DNA of 64,000 nucleotides from Thecamonas trahens ATCC 50062 (GCF_000142905.1 NW_013657645.1:124001-188000); one strand, 5' to 3'. Shown: positions 32,701 through 43,821, counted from the stretch's first letter. The notes: generated by a model not told the origin, from the letters alone. Translations and numbers: made by a program.

Positions 32701-35700
32701 ACTTCATGTCCATCGGGCCCTCGCCACCGTCTTCGCCCTCGCCTTCACCGTCCTCCTCGTCGCCGCAGAACCCGGTCTCCAGCAGAGACGCCGCCACCGC
32801 GCCGAGCACAAACGCCATTTTGGACACACACCGGTGGAGCCGTGCTCCACCGGAAACCACACGCGAGTAGAACCCAGACGCAGTGGTAACAAGGACCGAG
32901 ACGCCGGTCAGCACCTCCTTGGCTCCCGCTCCCAGCAGCCCAGCGCTGGCAGCCTCGCTCGCCGCCACCGTGAGCGCTCGCGCCGCCACCGCCAGCCTCC
33001 CGCTTGCCAGCGCGTCGACCATCGCCCGCGCCAGCGCGTCGGCAGCCGCGAGCTCGTTGCCGCCCTCGTCGGCAACTTCCCCACCTTCGCCACCGCTGGT
33101 GGACTGAGCGCTCGCGTTCGCGCTCGCGCTCACTGCAGCCATCACTCCCTGCATCTCGACAAGCGCGGCCGAGACAACTTGCGCAGCAGCAAGGAGGACC
33201 TCGCCCTCGGCCGGCACAACAGCGCCGGCATCAGCAACCCGAGCCGTCGCCGTGTCAGCCACGCTCGACATCGCTGCAGCCACACCAGAGAGGCACTTGC
33301 CCAGGCGGACGTCGCCCCATTTGCTCTCGCAGATCCCGTCCCACTTGGCGAGCCAGCCCTCGGCCGCGCTCGTGGTCGCTCGAAGCTCGGCAAGCGCCTG
33401 CGGCACGTTGATCACCGCCGCCTCAAGCACTCGCTTGAGCGCGTCACCAACGCTCGCAACAGAGGCCCGCAACGCCTCGACACCCGATGACGACCATGCC
33501 GTCCCATACCGCGCGCCCCACTTGGCAGCGTACGCCGCAAGCGAGACCGACTTGATGACCAGGACTGTCTCATCAAGCGCGAGCTGCGTGCCACGCACCC
33601 GCCGCAGCGTCGCCTCCACCCGCGCCCGTGCCTCGCCGGTCGTCATCGTGACAGTCTCGGGCGCCTCGCTCTGCAGGCTCGCCACAACGCTTTGCAGCGC
33701 CGACGCCAGCTTGGCAAGTTCGCCTGCGCTCTGCGCACCGGCCAGCATGCTCGTCCGCTCGCGACCGGCCAGCGCGTGCATCGCCAGTGCAAAGCCACGG
33801 AGCCGCGTCGACTCACGGGTCGAGAGATCCGTCGAGCCGGCGAGCGCCTGCATCCGCACCAGCGGCGTCAACGCACGCCAAAAGTACCGGTCGGCGTCGC
33901 CGAGCCACTGGGCAGTCAGCTCGTCGCCAGGCTTGGCCTCAGCAAGCGGCGCTACCGAAAAGACTTGCGGCAGCGACTCAAACGTGTCCGCAGTGGCATG
34001 GTGCGAGAGGCCCATCGCCTCCAGCGCCTTCAGCCCGTCGGTCAACGCCTTCTTCTTCAGGCTCATCGCCTTGGTCGCCTCCTGTAGCTTCTTCATCCGT
34101 GCCAACAGGCCAGACACAATGCCCTCGACGCTCTCCACACCGGTCACCGCAAACGTTGCCGCAGCAGCCTCCCACGCCGCCTGGCTGTATCCCACGTACT
34201 TGCGCACGCAAGAGTCGAGTCGCTTCGTCATCTTGGCGCCGACATCAGCTTCGTCGAGCATGTCAAGCGCAGCCAGTGCGTCGTCCGAGAGCGTAGCCAG
34301 CGCCGCGCTAGCTGCACCGGGCACATCGCCCGCCAACTCGGCGCTTCCGCCGTCGCCGCGGCACCCCTCGTTGAGGCCCTGCACGCTCAGGCTGGCGACG
34401 GTGACCGAGTCAAAGACCGGAACCATCGGCTGCGCGAGCATGTTGGCATACTTGCGGACATACTTGAGCAACTTGCGGTGGGTCGCCTCGGTCGCCGCCT
34501 TCATGCCAAAGTACGTCTCGTCCTTCCACCGCGCAATCTTGGCCGTGTTGACCAGCTCTTTCTCGATCGGCTCACGCCTGGACCGCACGCTCCGAGCACG
34601 CACCTCGTCAAAGATCGAGTAGTACGCCACAAGGTGGCTGACAACAACTCGCGCGTGTGCGTCGGCACCCAGCTGAAGCCGCATGTGGCCCATCAGCGCA
34701 CGTAGCAGCTGCAGCCGTGACCGGAACTCGCCAACAGAAGACGTCTCCATAAACGTCACCAGCGTCTCCACCAGCGCCTTGGCGTCTGCCACCACCGCAG
34801 TTCCGGCCCTCGCCACCGCTGCCGAGCTCAGCTGCGGCGCCATCTCGGCCGAAGCTTCGCCGTGGACAGCCATCTTGTACAGCCAGAACCACCACGCCGC
34901 CGCACGCTCACCGTGCTTGCGGTCCTCGCTCTCCAGCAGCCAGCTCCACGACTCGACCATCCGGCGCCGCCAGAACTTGATGAGCACCTTGATCGGCCGC
35001 AACTCGGCAACGAGCGAGACCTCCTTGGACGCGTACTGCTCCCAGTCCTGCGACCGGAACAGCAGTAGCTCCATGCCAAACACCGCCTTCATCAGCGGCG
35101 TCGAGACTGGGAGCGCAAGGAGCGAGTCGGTTACCAGCCTCAGACCAACAAGCGCGGGCTGGTCTGGCCACGTCTCGAGCAGCAGCGCGAGCTTGGCCCG
35201 CAGCGCGCCCAGCGGCGCCTGAATCCGGGTCAGCTCGCCCACGTTGGCGTCGTTGTGGATGTCGTACGTCACGCCGGTCTTCACCAGCGAGCACGATAGC
35301 GCCACGGTCGCGTCGTCGTTGGTGGTAAACTCAAGCCCCAGCATCGGCTCCTCGCCCTCGCCCGGCCCGATGCCAGATTTCATCGACGGCCGGACGACCG
35401 AGACGAGAACGCCTGACATGAAGAGGAACGCAGCCTGCGCCGCCGCATCCAGCCGCCCGAGTAGCCGGATCGGGCTCGCCGTCTCGTCGCCCTCACCGAC
35501 CGTGAGCATGCGGCAGACCTCAAACGCGACTTGGTTGACACGCTGCAGCAACGACCGCCCAGCAACCTTGCTCGCCTTGCTCGCTTGCGCCGCCGCCGCA
35601 AGCTCTGCCACCTGTTCGCCAAGCTTGACCGAGCCGAGCGCGTCGAGCGCCCCGACCTCGCCCTCGACAAAGACCTGCGCGTAGACCTGAACCATCTCAA

Positions 35701-38512
35701 ACACCGTCTTGGGCGAGAGCACCTTGGCTGCGCCGCGCATCCCCCGCTTGCCACGGACCCGGCCTCCTTGGCCGGAGGTGGCCTCAGCAAGGAAGAGCGA
35801 GCCGGTCAGCGCCTCGTTGCTCGTGCCCTCATCCATGCTGCGGATGCCCTCGGCATGCTCCTTGAGCTTCATCTCGAGCTCAAAAGGAATCGAGCCGTCT
35901 GGATCAACAAGCTCGGCAAAGTCGGCTTGGTAGTCGGGGAAGAACTCGGCAAACTCGGCTTCCTGCTCCTCCTTCTCCTTCTCGGCCGTCGCGTCCCACG
36001 ACTTGGTCACTGTGCGGAAGGCGGCGGCAGCCTCGGCCTCACGCGCCCGCCGCGCCCCGTCGGCCTCGAACCACGCCTCCATAAAGGCGTCAAAGAGCGA
36101 CGAGACAAGCGCGAGCTCAAACTTGGTCAGCTTGCCTGGATCGTTGTCGCACTCTGTCGCCAGGTGGACAAGCGTGTAGCCCATCATCAGCCGGAGGAGT
36201 GCAAATCGGACCGCCAGCGAGGCCTTCACCTGCTTATGGGTCATCAGCTTCACCACGCACTGCACGTTGGCGGGAAAGCCAAAGGCAGGGCCCGACGGGA
36301 CCTGCACCAGCGACGCCACCGCACCCGAGACTGCGAGGCTGCCGGCCTGCAGCACACCGTCGGCCGCGCATCCGGTCAGGATCTCCAACCCAAAGGCGGC
36401 CATCTTGAGCGCAGTCGTCAGCGGCGCCACAACATCACCGAGCTCGGTCTCAAACTTGCCTGTGAGGCGCGTGGTCACCGTAGTCACCTGCTCCCGCGCC
36501 AGGCTCGCCTTCTCCACAACTCCAGGCGACGGGCTGCCGCGCGCCACCGCCTCGGTCAGTTCAGCTTCAAGCGCCATGACAGCCTGCGGCTCAAGGACCG
36601 ACGACATGAACCCGTCGAGCATCGAGTACAGCTCGGCAAAGCCTGGTCGGGCCGAAGTGCAGACTCCACCATCCGGTAGCGCCCGCATAAAGTCTGCCAC
36701 CTGCTCCTGGAGCATAGCCATGACGCCAGCGCGGACGCCGGCGCGGACATGAGCAGACTCGGCCGCGGCGCTGGCTCCGGTATCTCCGCTCGTCCGGACC
36801 ACCTCGCTCGACACATTGTCGGTAGCTGACTCGGCCTCCAGCGCCGCGAGCCACGACTTGGCCAGACGGAGCGCCTCCAGCGGCGCCGCTACCGGATCGA
36901 TCGGCTGTGTCGGCGTAAGGAGATGCGCCCTCACAGCGCCAACCAGAAGGTGGGCCCGACCCTTGGCCGCCAGCGCACGGAACCGCGCTTCCAGCGACGC
37001 GGCTTCGTCGAGCGCCACATCGCTGTCGACAGCGTCGATCTTTGCCAGTGCCGCCTCGTGTGCCGCCAGGGCCTCGAACAACGGCTCGCCAAGCTCCGCC
37101 ATGACCGCCACAAACCGCGGCTCGTGGACGCCAGACGCCACGGCCTCGGCAAGAAGTGCCCACTTGCCCTCGTCGAGAAGCGCCATCCACTCGCCAAGTG
37201 CAGCACCCGACGGGCGGAAGGCAAACAGGATCTGGGTGAGGAGGCCACGGAGGAGACCGCTGTCGGCGGCCAGTAGCATGTCGGCCGACTCGAGGACAGC
37301 CGACGATGACGCCGACAGGACCGCATCGAGCAGCGAGCCGACAAGCACGTACTTGGACGAAAGCTCTGCGAGCCGGATCTCGTCCCATGCACCAAGCGTT
37401 GAGAACGCTGCCCGCGTGGCAAACGCCGAGTACAGCTCAAGCGGAGCTACAAGGCCGGCCGGCTCGAGCAGGCCATCGAGTACTGAGCCCATGCACCGAC
37501 CGAGAAGTTCGTACGCTAGTGGGAGACCGGTCCGCTCCACTTCGGCAACAGGGAGCGACGGCAGTGCATCGAGGACCCAGTGCGCGAGCCGGAACACGAC
37601 ATGGACCTCCACTGCGGCAGGGTCGTAGGCTTCGAGCTTGGCCCCGCCGTCCTTGGTCACAGCCTCGTTTCGCAGAGCATCAAGCACCGCCCGCGGCACG
37701 CTCTTCTTGCCGCCCGACGCCACAATAGCAGGCAAAGCGCCAGCGACCTCACATAGCAGCCGCATCTTGGCCGACGCCTGCGCGAGCGCCTTGAGTGCGC
37801 CGACAACAGAGTCGTCGCCGCCACCCACCGACTCGTTGTTTTGAGCCAGCAGCTCCTGCGAGGCCGCGCCCTTGGCCATCGAACTCACCACACCGGAGAT
37901 CGAAGCCTCCAGCGCGTCCATCAGCGCGTCGCGGGTGGTGTCGTCGCTGGCCTCGGGTCCGATCCGCGCATCGGCCCAAAACGCAGCCGCAAGGCCGTCC
38001 ACCAGAATCTCGAATCGCGGGCCGTCGATGATGCCCTCCGCGCTGGAAACAGTGGCATGCAGCGCGCGCGCGCGCTCCGAGACGAGACCCAGGCGGCGGA
38101 AGCCCTCAAAGTAGAGCACGTCGTCCGAGATGATGCCCTCGCCGCGGGCAACGCGATCAAGCGCGTCCATCGCGTCGCGGGTCGCCGCCGACCAAGCCGC
38201 AACCATGGCTTCGCTCCGCATGAGCGCCGAGAGCCAGCGCCAGCGCAGGAGAAAGGCTTGGCGGGTGGCAAAGTCCCAGTCAGCCGGAGACCGCACCTGG
38301 GCCAACAGGCCGAAGATCTGATGGAGTGAAACCGCGATACGCTCCACGCCTTCGTACGACTCGGCCGCCACGGCGCCCGAGCTCAGCAGAGTAATCAGGT
38401 CGTCCTCGGCGTGGCAGAGAAGCGGCGCAAGCCACCAAGTGTAAAGGCCCCACACGTGGGCGCCATCGACATCGCCCGATGCGACTCCGGCCGAGAGCTG
38501 GAGCAGCGACAT
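29795..38512 (-). CDS. MDN1: midasin (MDN1/Rea1), linker + D/E-rich + MIDAS/VWA part; N-terminal AAA ring not present
   Basis: LCEQLRLVLEP..LRGDYRTGKRINMRKVIPYIASQFKRDKIWLRRTKPSKRMYQVLLAIDDSESM, DGTGMGEGEG, DWEQYASKEVSL, long acidic tract. 5'-truncated near the gap. Confidence 0.95.
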   Translation of the reverse strand: MSLLQLSAGVASGDVDGAHVWGLYTWWLAPLLCHAEDDLITLLSSGAVAAESYEGVERIAVSLHQIFGLLAQVRSPADWDFATRQAFLLRWRWLSALMRSEAMVAAWSAATRDAMDALDRVARGEGIISDDVLYFEGFRRLGLVSERARALHATVSSAEGIIDGPRFEILVDGLAAAFWADARIGPEASDDTTRDALMDALEASISGVVSSMAKGAASQELLAQNNESVGGGDDSVVGALKALAQASAKMRLLCEVAGALPAIVASGGKKSVPRAVLDALRNEAVTKDGGAKLEAYDPAAVEVHVVFRLAHWVLDALPSLPVAEVERTGLPLAYELLGRCMGSVLDGLLEPAGLVAPLELYSAFATRAAFSTLGAWDEIRLAELSSKYVLVGSLLDAVLSASSSAVLESADMLLAADSGLLRGLLTQILFAFRPSGAALGEWMALLDEGKWALLAEAVASGVHEPRFVAVMAELGEPLFEALAAHEAALAKIDAVDSDVALDEAASLEARFRALAAKGRAHLLVGAVRAHLLTPTQPIDPVAAPLEALRLAKSWLAALEAESATDNVSSEVVRTSGDTGASAAAESAHVRAGVRAGVMAMLQEQVADFMRALPDGGVCTSARPGFAELYSMLDGFMSSVLEPQAVMALEAELTEAVARGSPSPGVVEKASLAREQVTTVTTRLTGKFETELGDVVAPLTTALKMAAFGLEILTGCAADGVLQAGSLAVSGAVASLVQVPSGPAFGFPANVQCVVKLMTHKQVKASLAVRFALLRLMMGYTLVHLATECDNDPGKLTKFELALVSSLFDAFMEAWFEADGARRAREAEAAAAFRTVTKSWDATAEKEKEEQEAEFAEFFPDYQADFAELVDPDGSIPFELEMKLKEHAEGIRSMDEGTSNEALTGSLFLAEATSGQGGRVRGKRGMRGAAKVLSPKTVFEMVQVYAQVFVEGEVGALDALGSVKLGEQVAELAAAAQASKASKVAGRSLLQRVNQVAFEVCRMLTVGEGDETASPIRLLGRLDAAAQAAFLFMSGVLVSVVRPSMKSGIGPGEGEEPMLGLEFTTNDDATVALSCSLVKTGVTYDIHNDANVGELTRIQAPLGALRAKLALLLETWPDQPALVGLRLVTDSLLALPVSTPLMKAVFGMELLLFRSQDWEQYASKEVSLVAELRPIKVLIKFWRRRMVESWSWLLESEDRKHGERAAAWWFWLYKMAVHGEASAEMAPQLSSAAVARAGTAVVADAKALVETLVTFMETSSVGEFRSRLQLLRALMGHMRLQLGADAHARVVVSHLVAYYSIFDEVRARSVRSRREPIEKELVNTAKIARWKDETYFGMKAATEATHRKLLKYVRKYANMLAQPMVPVFDSVTVASLSVQGLNEGCRGDGGSAELAGDVPGAASAALATLSDDALAALDMLDEADVGAKMTKRLDSCVRKYVGYSQAAWEAAAATFAVTGVESVEGIVSGLLARMKKLQEATKAMSLKKKALTDGLKALEAMGLSHHATADTFESLPQVFSVAPLAEAKPGDELTAQWLGDADRYFWRALTPLVRMQALAGSTDLSTRESTRLRGFALAMHALAGRERTSMLAGAQSAGELAKLASALQSVVASLQSEAPETVTMTTGEARARVEATLRRVRGTQLALDETVLVIKSVSLAAYAAKWGARYGTAWSSSGVEALRASVASVGDALKRVLEAAVINVPQALAELRATTSAAEGWLAKWDGICESKWGDVRLGKCLSGVAAAMSSVADTATARVADAGAVVPAEGEVLLAAAQVVSAALVEMQGVMAAVSASANASAQSTSGGEGGEVADEGGNELAAADALARAMVDALASGRLAVAARALTVAASEAASAGLLGAGAKEVLTGVSVLVTTASGFYSRVVSGGARLHRCVSKMAFVLGAVAASLLETGFCGDEEDGEGEGEDGGEGPMDMKWEDGTGMGEGEGKNDVSDQIEDEEQLLGLEDDAPPPPQDQEEDREVGEPESGKEMENDFEGELMDVPKDQANEDDAQDEREPQQMDEQMGENNENEDLVDERMWDSDDDVNEKDELDDVEGVDDEQKLDASKVQEMELEAVEKDSYGEDESKPEDEEQPQEKGKDDESGDDGSESGEAEDEDDDGELGELGAPNEMPEDNEGGNLELDMDNFKLEDDDRGPEEEESGGEEEDNEEFVDALADKDVEGGEEEENDEAAGSGDEAEAEDEAEAEDEAGEREGDDDGGEDELKEMELEGDDLEQNETGNDGLDEGHLGEEEDDAGGEEEDDAGDEEDDEARHESTKELEALDAAVPTVDTGEHNTVMEQEPAGGEDEQDQVDDVGTTAGARTQEQEALAQETHAGAQADESQETEASNETRGSESNPFRSLGDALQEWMERARMIDDGDFDKPQQKEDVDEREAEETGGEKRDWAADQEFEFVHDDDAPADDQVMAAALDEQVEAQQEKAQEDREAHPEAEADDDDDGVQAMELGEEEDGGEKKSDDAQGGLDDDDDGEAGEASGPPPPPKASESNEREAEKPNKALPSNMDKLRELLTGKKTAEPEDDGAGGAGGSSSGSDDDEEAGTEDGAGKDGGRDGAEGGPKVMDWVHNPGAVVDEPVAGPGDAVEDDEVEAAELLQGEEAVPMNLEAEALGSQLWAANVAATADLSASLCEQLRLVLEPKLASALRGDYRTGKRINMRKVIPYIASQFKRDKIWLRRTKPSKRMYQVLLAIDDSESMSEQGAGSTALAAMTMMAQALTKLEVGELGIVSFGEQVRELHALGTPFNAAAGGRVCSAFSFGQTSTKYDALMETSLRLLEEARLSARGPEHVQLMFVVSDGVIPNREAVKRYVLDAASRNMVLVFIIIDSADDDKSILKRSSVSYVNGQLKVEPALDGFPFEYYVVLRDIAGLPDVVAGVLRQWMDSV

Positions 38513-39304
38513 GGACGACGCCTCGAGCTCCCTAGCAGCAGCCGTACGATATCAGCAGGCAAAGCGCCAGCGACCTCACATAGCAGCCGCATCTTGGCCG
38601 ACGCCTGCGCGAGCGCCTTGAGTGCGCCGACAACAGAGTCGTCGCCGCCACCCACCGACTCGTTGTTTTGAGCCAGCAGCTNNNNNNNNNNNNNNNNNNN
38701 NNNNNNNNNNNNNNNNNNNNNNNNNNNNNNNNNNNNNNNNNNNNNNNNNNNNNNNNNNNNNNNNNNNNNNNNNNNNNNNNNTCCTCCCACCAGGAGTGGC
38801 GAGAGACGTTCTGCATGACGAAATAAAGCAGCCTGATTAGAGTGGTTAGTCTAAAAAGTCCCCATATAGTTCCCCAAAATAACACTGCTACCACCGGAGG
38901 CCACGCGTCGCAAGAAGCACTCTCCGAGCACTCAGGAATTTCGTCGGGGCCGTTCTTTTCAACCCACGGACGATGAAGTGAGAGGGCCAAGTACATGACC
39001 CAAACCAGCATCCCTCCGGCCAGAACACTTGAACAGCTTACCGCCTAATGAATCACATGGGGGTGGAAAAGGGGGCCTGGGAGGGGGGGGGGGGGGGGGG
39101 GGGGGGGTTCCGGGGGTGCCGAGCAGGGGGGGGTGGAGAGACAGAGCCAAAAAATGACTCAAACGGGACAGCAGCCGTCAGGGGACGTTGACCAGCATGG
39201 CAGGGATTACGAAGGAATCAAAGTGGGAGGAGATATGGAAGAGAGAGAGAGAGAGAGAGGAAGAGGAGGAGGAGGAGGAGATGGTTCTTCTTCATGGGGC
39301 TTAC

Positions 39305-39488
39305 CTTCTTCTGCTTCACCTGCCCACGCTTGGTCACATTGCTGCTGTACTTCTCCGACTTCTTCTTGCGCAACAGGTTCGAGTTGGCCTGCATGACCAT
39401 GACGGGGGGGAGGGGGGAGGGTGAGTATGTGTATATATAGAGCGAGAGAGAGGGGGGGGGAGCGGGGAGTGGGGGGGCGACATACCAT
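39305..39488 (-). CDS. RAMP4/SERP1 stress-associated ER protein, 5' exons (ATG 39488-39486; exon 39388-39305); TM exon probably runs into the gap
   Basis: M|ANSNLLRKKKSEKYSSNVTKRGQVKQKK resembles RAMP4 (EKHSKNITQRGNV). GTATGT..CAG and GTAAGC splice sites. Confidence 0.7.
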
Positions 39489-39823
39489 GGTGGTTGAATG
39501 AGTTGGGTGTGGGTGGGTGTGGGTGTGGGTGTGGGGGGAGGGAGGGTGGGTGGGGGGAGGGCTGGCTTGGGTGCTCGGTCGGTCTTTTGGTGGGATCGGT
39601 GCGACCTGGAGTCGGGTGGTCGGTCAAGGGTGGAGGTGGTGAGGAGGGAGATGGGGGAGAAGGGGAGGGAGAGGGGAGGGGGGAGGGGGAGGATTGATTT
39701 ACAGGTTGTTGTAGTGTCTTGGGATAAGATGTTGGTCGGCTGAAAGTAGAGCCGTGCAGCTCGGGATGCAGATGATGGCTTGATGCCAGTTACACTAGAC
39801 CGCGTTGATCAAGATCGGGCGGG

Positions 39824-40450
39824 TCAGGTCGACGGATCGGCAGCAGCATGGTCTGGCGTCGCTGTGTCGTCGTCGGTAGGGAGTCCAAGCTGTGCAAGGA
39901 GCGGATGGAGCCAGACTTCGTCAGGAAGCTTGGCCCAAGCCGGCATGCGCGAGGTGTCGACCGGCACGGTGGCCATAAAGGCTTTGATCTCGGCCACAAC
40001 TTTGGGATCCATCCTCTCCACCTCGGGCACAGGAGGAAAAGAGGCCTCAAACGCCCCGTCCACCACCTCGGTAGCCGGTAAGTCCCATCCAGTGGGTCCG
40101 CCGACGCTGCCACCAACGTCGCCCCCGTTCATCGCCGCCTCATCGCCATCTGATCCAGACCAGCTGCCGTCATCTCCGTCCAGCGCAGCATACCCCGCAT
40201 ACCTCATCGCATCATCGCCATCATCGCCATCATCTCCATTACCAGACTCGCTTCCATGGCCAGACTCGCCTCCCACGAACACCTCGTCCGCGGCATCACC
40301 TCCAGCGCCACCTGCCGCCACCGCCACCCGTGCCCCTGCCAGCACCGCCACCGCCTCGTCCTCACCCATAATCTCGCCGCCTCGACCGGCCACCTCGGCG
40401 TCGACGTCAACTAGCCTCCGCCCGCCCTCGGCATGCTCCTCCTCGCTCAT
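39824..40450 (-). CDS. MEA1 (male-enhanced antigen 1)-like acidic protein
   Basis: Acidic body with GYAAL and C-terminal MDPKVVAEIKAFMATVPV..PAWAKLPDEVW, resembling the MEA1 MDPEHVELVKRTM..PAWA..W motif. Confidence 0.65.
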   Translation of the reverse strand: MSEEEHAEGGRRLVDVDAEVAGRGGEIMGEDEAVAVLAGARVAVAAGGAGGDAADEVFVGGESGHGSESGNGDDGDDGDDAMRYAGYAALDGDDGSWSGSDGDEAAMNGGDVGGSVGGPTGWDLPATEVVDGAFEASFPPVPEVERMDPKVVAEIKAFMATVPVDTSRMPAWAKLPDEVWLHPLLAQLGLPTDDDTATPDHAAADPST

Positions 40451-41164
40451 GCGGGCCTTGGATGCAGAGCCAGGTGTTGCTGCTCACGCCGCCCGACGCA
40501 CTCCGAGTCACCTCGCTGCGCTGGGGCAACTCGGTCGCCGCGGCAAGCATAGCCACGGCTGCATCCTAGCGCTTCACCGACAAAGGCACGAAGATGCTTT
40601 CAGTGGCCCAAAGCGATGGCGATGGCCTGCATGCGACCCGAGTCCAGCTCAACAAGCCCGGACCGATCCGGGCTTCAACAGCCGGGCCCTCGGCTGAGCT
40701 GAGCCGCGAGATCTCGCCTACTACAACCATAACCGCGCCGATCTCCCACACCACCTATGGCTACACCTCCTTTTCAGGCTGCGTCTTCACGATAGCGCCA
40801 GCTTGGCTACAGCCCGTCGCATCCGTCGTTGTCCATCGACAGCAGATCAAAGGAAGAGGCTGGGCCGACGATGGAGACGGCTTGGCCTCCTGCCAAAGCC
40901 ATCACATACCTTGCATTCCCATTGTCGGTGATGACGATGGTACTCAATACGCTTCACTCATTACTTGTTGCGCGTCAAGATGATGACGATGAACGAGGTA
41001 AAGGCAAAGAGCCAGCACACGGCACGGCACACGGCAAGTTGAGCGTTTATTGATGCCATTCATTGCATGTGGATGAAAAGATGGTTGGAGGAAGAGCATA
41101 ACCTCTCTCTCTCGCCAGAGCCTTTGTTTCGTGGCACCAGTTGCTGAACAGGCACACGGTTACC

Positions 41165-43821
41165 ATGAAGTCCGAGGTCCGCATTGTTCTTGTGGGCGAC
41201 TGTACGTAGAATGGTGTCCCCTCCCCTCCCTCCCCTCCTCCTTTCCATATGGTGTTATATGTTATCGCTGGTTTGTATCCCCCTCCTCCCCCCCCTCCCC
41301 CCCTCTCTGTTCGTGGTGGTGGTCATGGCTGTCACCGGTGGACGCGACATGCTGTGAAGCGTCAGTTGGTGGCCACTACCCCCTCCCGCCCCCACGCACA
41401 CGCCTTCCATCGCCATTCTCTCCCCACATCCAGACACACTATAAGAACCACACACACATAATCATATACGTATTCTCTACACAACCATATCACTCTCGTC
41501 ACACTCACCCTCTGCTCCCTCCATACTCCGGTGGTTCCCCCCCTTACCCCACTCCCCCCCCCTCACCCCACTCCCCCGTCTCCCCGCCTCCTCCCCCTCC
41601 CCTCTCGGTGTTCTTCTGGTTGTCGAATCGAATAATGGGCAAACAGCTGGAGTCGGCAAGTCCTCCTTGCTCGCCACACTGCTGACAAACTCGTTCCAGG
41701 TAAGCATCATGGGCTCTCTGCCTCTCTCTCCCGTATCTCCCATGTTGCGCCCCCCCCCCCCCACCCTCCTCCCGCTACCCTTCCCCAACTGACTGCGTAT
41801 CGTCCATCACATCACCACAACTCACACATGCATATCCTTCTTCTTTGCGCACAGACCGAGGTACCAAAGGTGGTAACGCGACTGGTGGTCAAGCCCGGGA
41901 CGATCAAGAAGGTCCCGTTCACGACGTACATTGTGGACACTTCGCCGGATCCGACGGATCGGGTCGTGCTGCAGCAAGAGGTCCGTGCTGCGGATGCGGT
42001 GTGTCTGGTGTATGCAGTCGACTCGCCACAGGGCGCCCAGGAGGAGCGTATGGAGTACTGGCTCGATGTGGTGCGGTCGCTGAATCCGGCTGTCCCGGTG
42101 GTGCTGGTGGGCAACAAGGTGGATCTCCGGCCTGAGGGCTCGCTCGCGGCGCGCAACCTCAAGCTCGAGCTCCGCCCCCTGATGAACCGACACAAGAACG
42201 TAGAGATGGTGGTCGAGTGTTCGGCCAAGCGGCAGCTGAACGTGCAGGAGGTCTTTTACTTGCACACAAGGCCGTTCTCCACCCGCTCTCGGTCATCTTC
42301 GACTCGGACGCGTACGACCTGACGCCGCCGGCGCTCCGTGCGCTCACCCGCATCTTCCGGCTCATCGACTCGAACCGCGATGGTATCCTGTCCGACGCGG
42401 ACGTGCAGGCCTTCCAGGCCAAAGTCTTTGGCCGCGAGCTCACGAGCGACAAGCTGGCCGAGATGAAGGCGACCATTGCCGAGACGCTGCCGCACGGCCT
42501 CGACAACGCCACGGGCGGCATCACCCTGCAGGGCTTCCTCTTCATCCAAGTCCACTTTATCCAGCGCGGCAAGGTCGAGCTCCCGTGGACCGTCCTGCGG
42601 GCCTTTGGCTACTCGGACACGCTGGTGCTCTCGGCGCAGATGCTCGCGCCCATCGCTTTTGACTCCGGCACGTGGGCCGGCATCAAGGCCACCAAGCAGG
42701 CGGCGCCGACGCCGGGCGACGGCCCGAAGCCGCTCAAGGCGCTACCGGCCGGGCCTAATGCCACGCCGGGTGCCCAGTACGTGTGCCAGCTGTCCGAGCG
42801 CGGCGAGGCGGCGCTCCGTCACCTCTTCTCCCTTTACGACAAGAACAGCGACGGCGTGCTCACCGCCGCTGAGCTCGACGCGCTCTTTGAGACTGCACCG
42901 GACTCGCCGTTCAACTCGCCGGCGCTGCCGGAGCTGTACCATGCGGTGCCGGCCTCGGACGTCGGCGACGTGGCCTGGCCCGACTTTCTGGGCGCCATGC
43001 ACCTGCTGCTGCTGCTCAAGCCGGCCGCCGCTGTCAAGTACCTGGTGTACCTGGGCATGGAGCCCGGGTCGCTGCTGAGCGCAGGCACAGACTCGCTGCT
43101 CGAGGCTGTGCCTGCAGACGACACCGCCGCCCGCCGAGTCCTTCTGGTCCCCGTCGTCGGCGCTTCCGGCGCAGGCAAGTCGGCCACCCTCTCGGCCGTG
43201 CTCAAGACCTCGGCCTCGGCCCCGGCCCGAGGCGCCGCAGAGGACGGCGCCCGCCGCGCGTCGCGCCGCAACGCCCTCGCTCTGCTCAAGGCGCCCGACT
43301 CGGACGCCTCGCTCTACGTCGCCCTCGCCAAGGTCGACGCCGCAGAGGCCGCAGAGCTCCTTGCACCCGACGCCCCGCTCGTCGCACGCGCCACCGTCGG
43401 CCTCGTCGTCTTTGATCCGTCGGCTGTTGCCTCGTTCGAAGCCGCCGTCGCCCATCAAGAGCGCCTCGCCGAGCACGGCATGCCCTCGCTCATGGTCGCC
43501 ACCCGCGCAGACACCGTCCGCCTCGACCCGGCCCATCCCGTCCACGCCTACCTCGCCTCCCAGGACCTGCCCGACGCCATCCAGGTTTCCGCCACCGCTG
43601 GTACCAACTTTGAGACGCTGCTCGGCGGCCTGACCCAGCTCGCAGCTTCGCCCGAGCTCGGCCTCCCGGCCTCGCACCGCGCCGCCGCCGCCAAGGGCAA
43701 GATCGCTGTCCGCTCGCCGGGCGCTGCCGCCGCCCTCGGTTGGGGCGCCGTCGTCGTCGGTGGCGTTGTCGCCGCTGCCGCCGCCACCGCCGCCGCCATG
43801 TTCTGGCGTCGTCGTCGCTAA
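41165..43821 (+). CDS. RHOT1: mitochondrial Rho GTPase Miro (exons 41165-41201, 41647-41699, 41855-43821; frameshift near 42260)
   Basis: MKSEVRIVLVGD|SGVGKSSLL, IVDTS, GNKVDL, VECSAK, KAVLHP, EF-hands DSNRDGILS and DKNSDGVLT, second P-loop GASGAGKS, C-terminal TM + RRRR. Confidence 0.95.

Noticed and set aside
30089-34622. Long plus-strand ORFs (450-600 aa) opposite midasin, and similar antisense ORFs elsewhere
   Set aside because: Shadow ORFs expected from high GC3 codon bias; no recognisable domains.
38850-39305. RNase MRP-like motifs (AAAGTCCCC ... ATGGGGCTTAC) on the plus strand
   Set aside because: The second motif is simply the reverse complement of the RAMP4 GTAAGC donor, the first lacks the canonical GGAA, and G-run low-complexity sequence lies between them.
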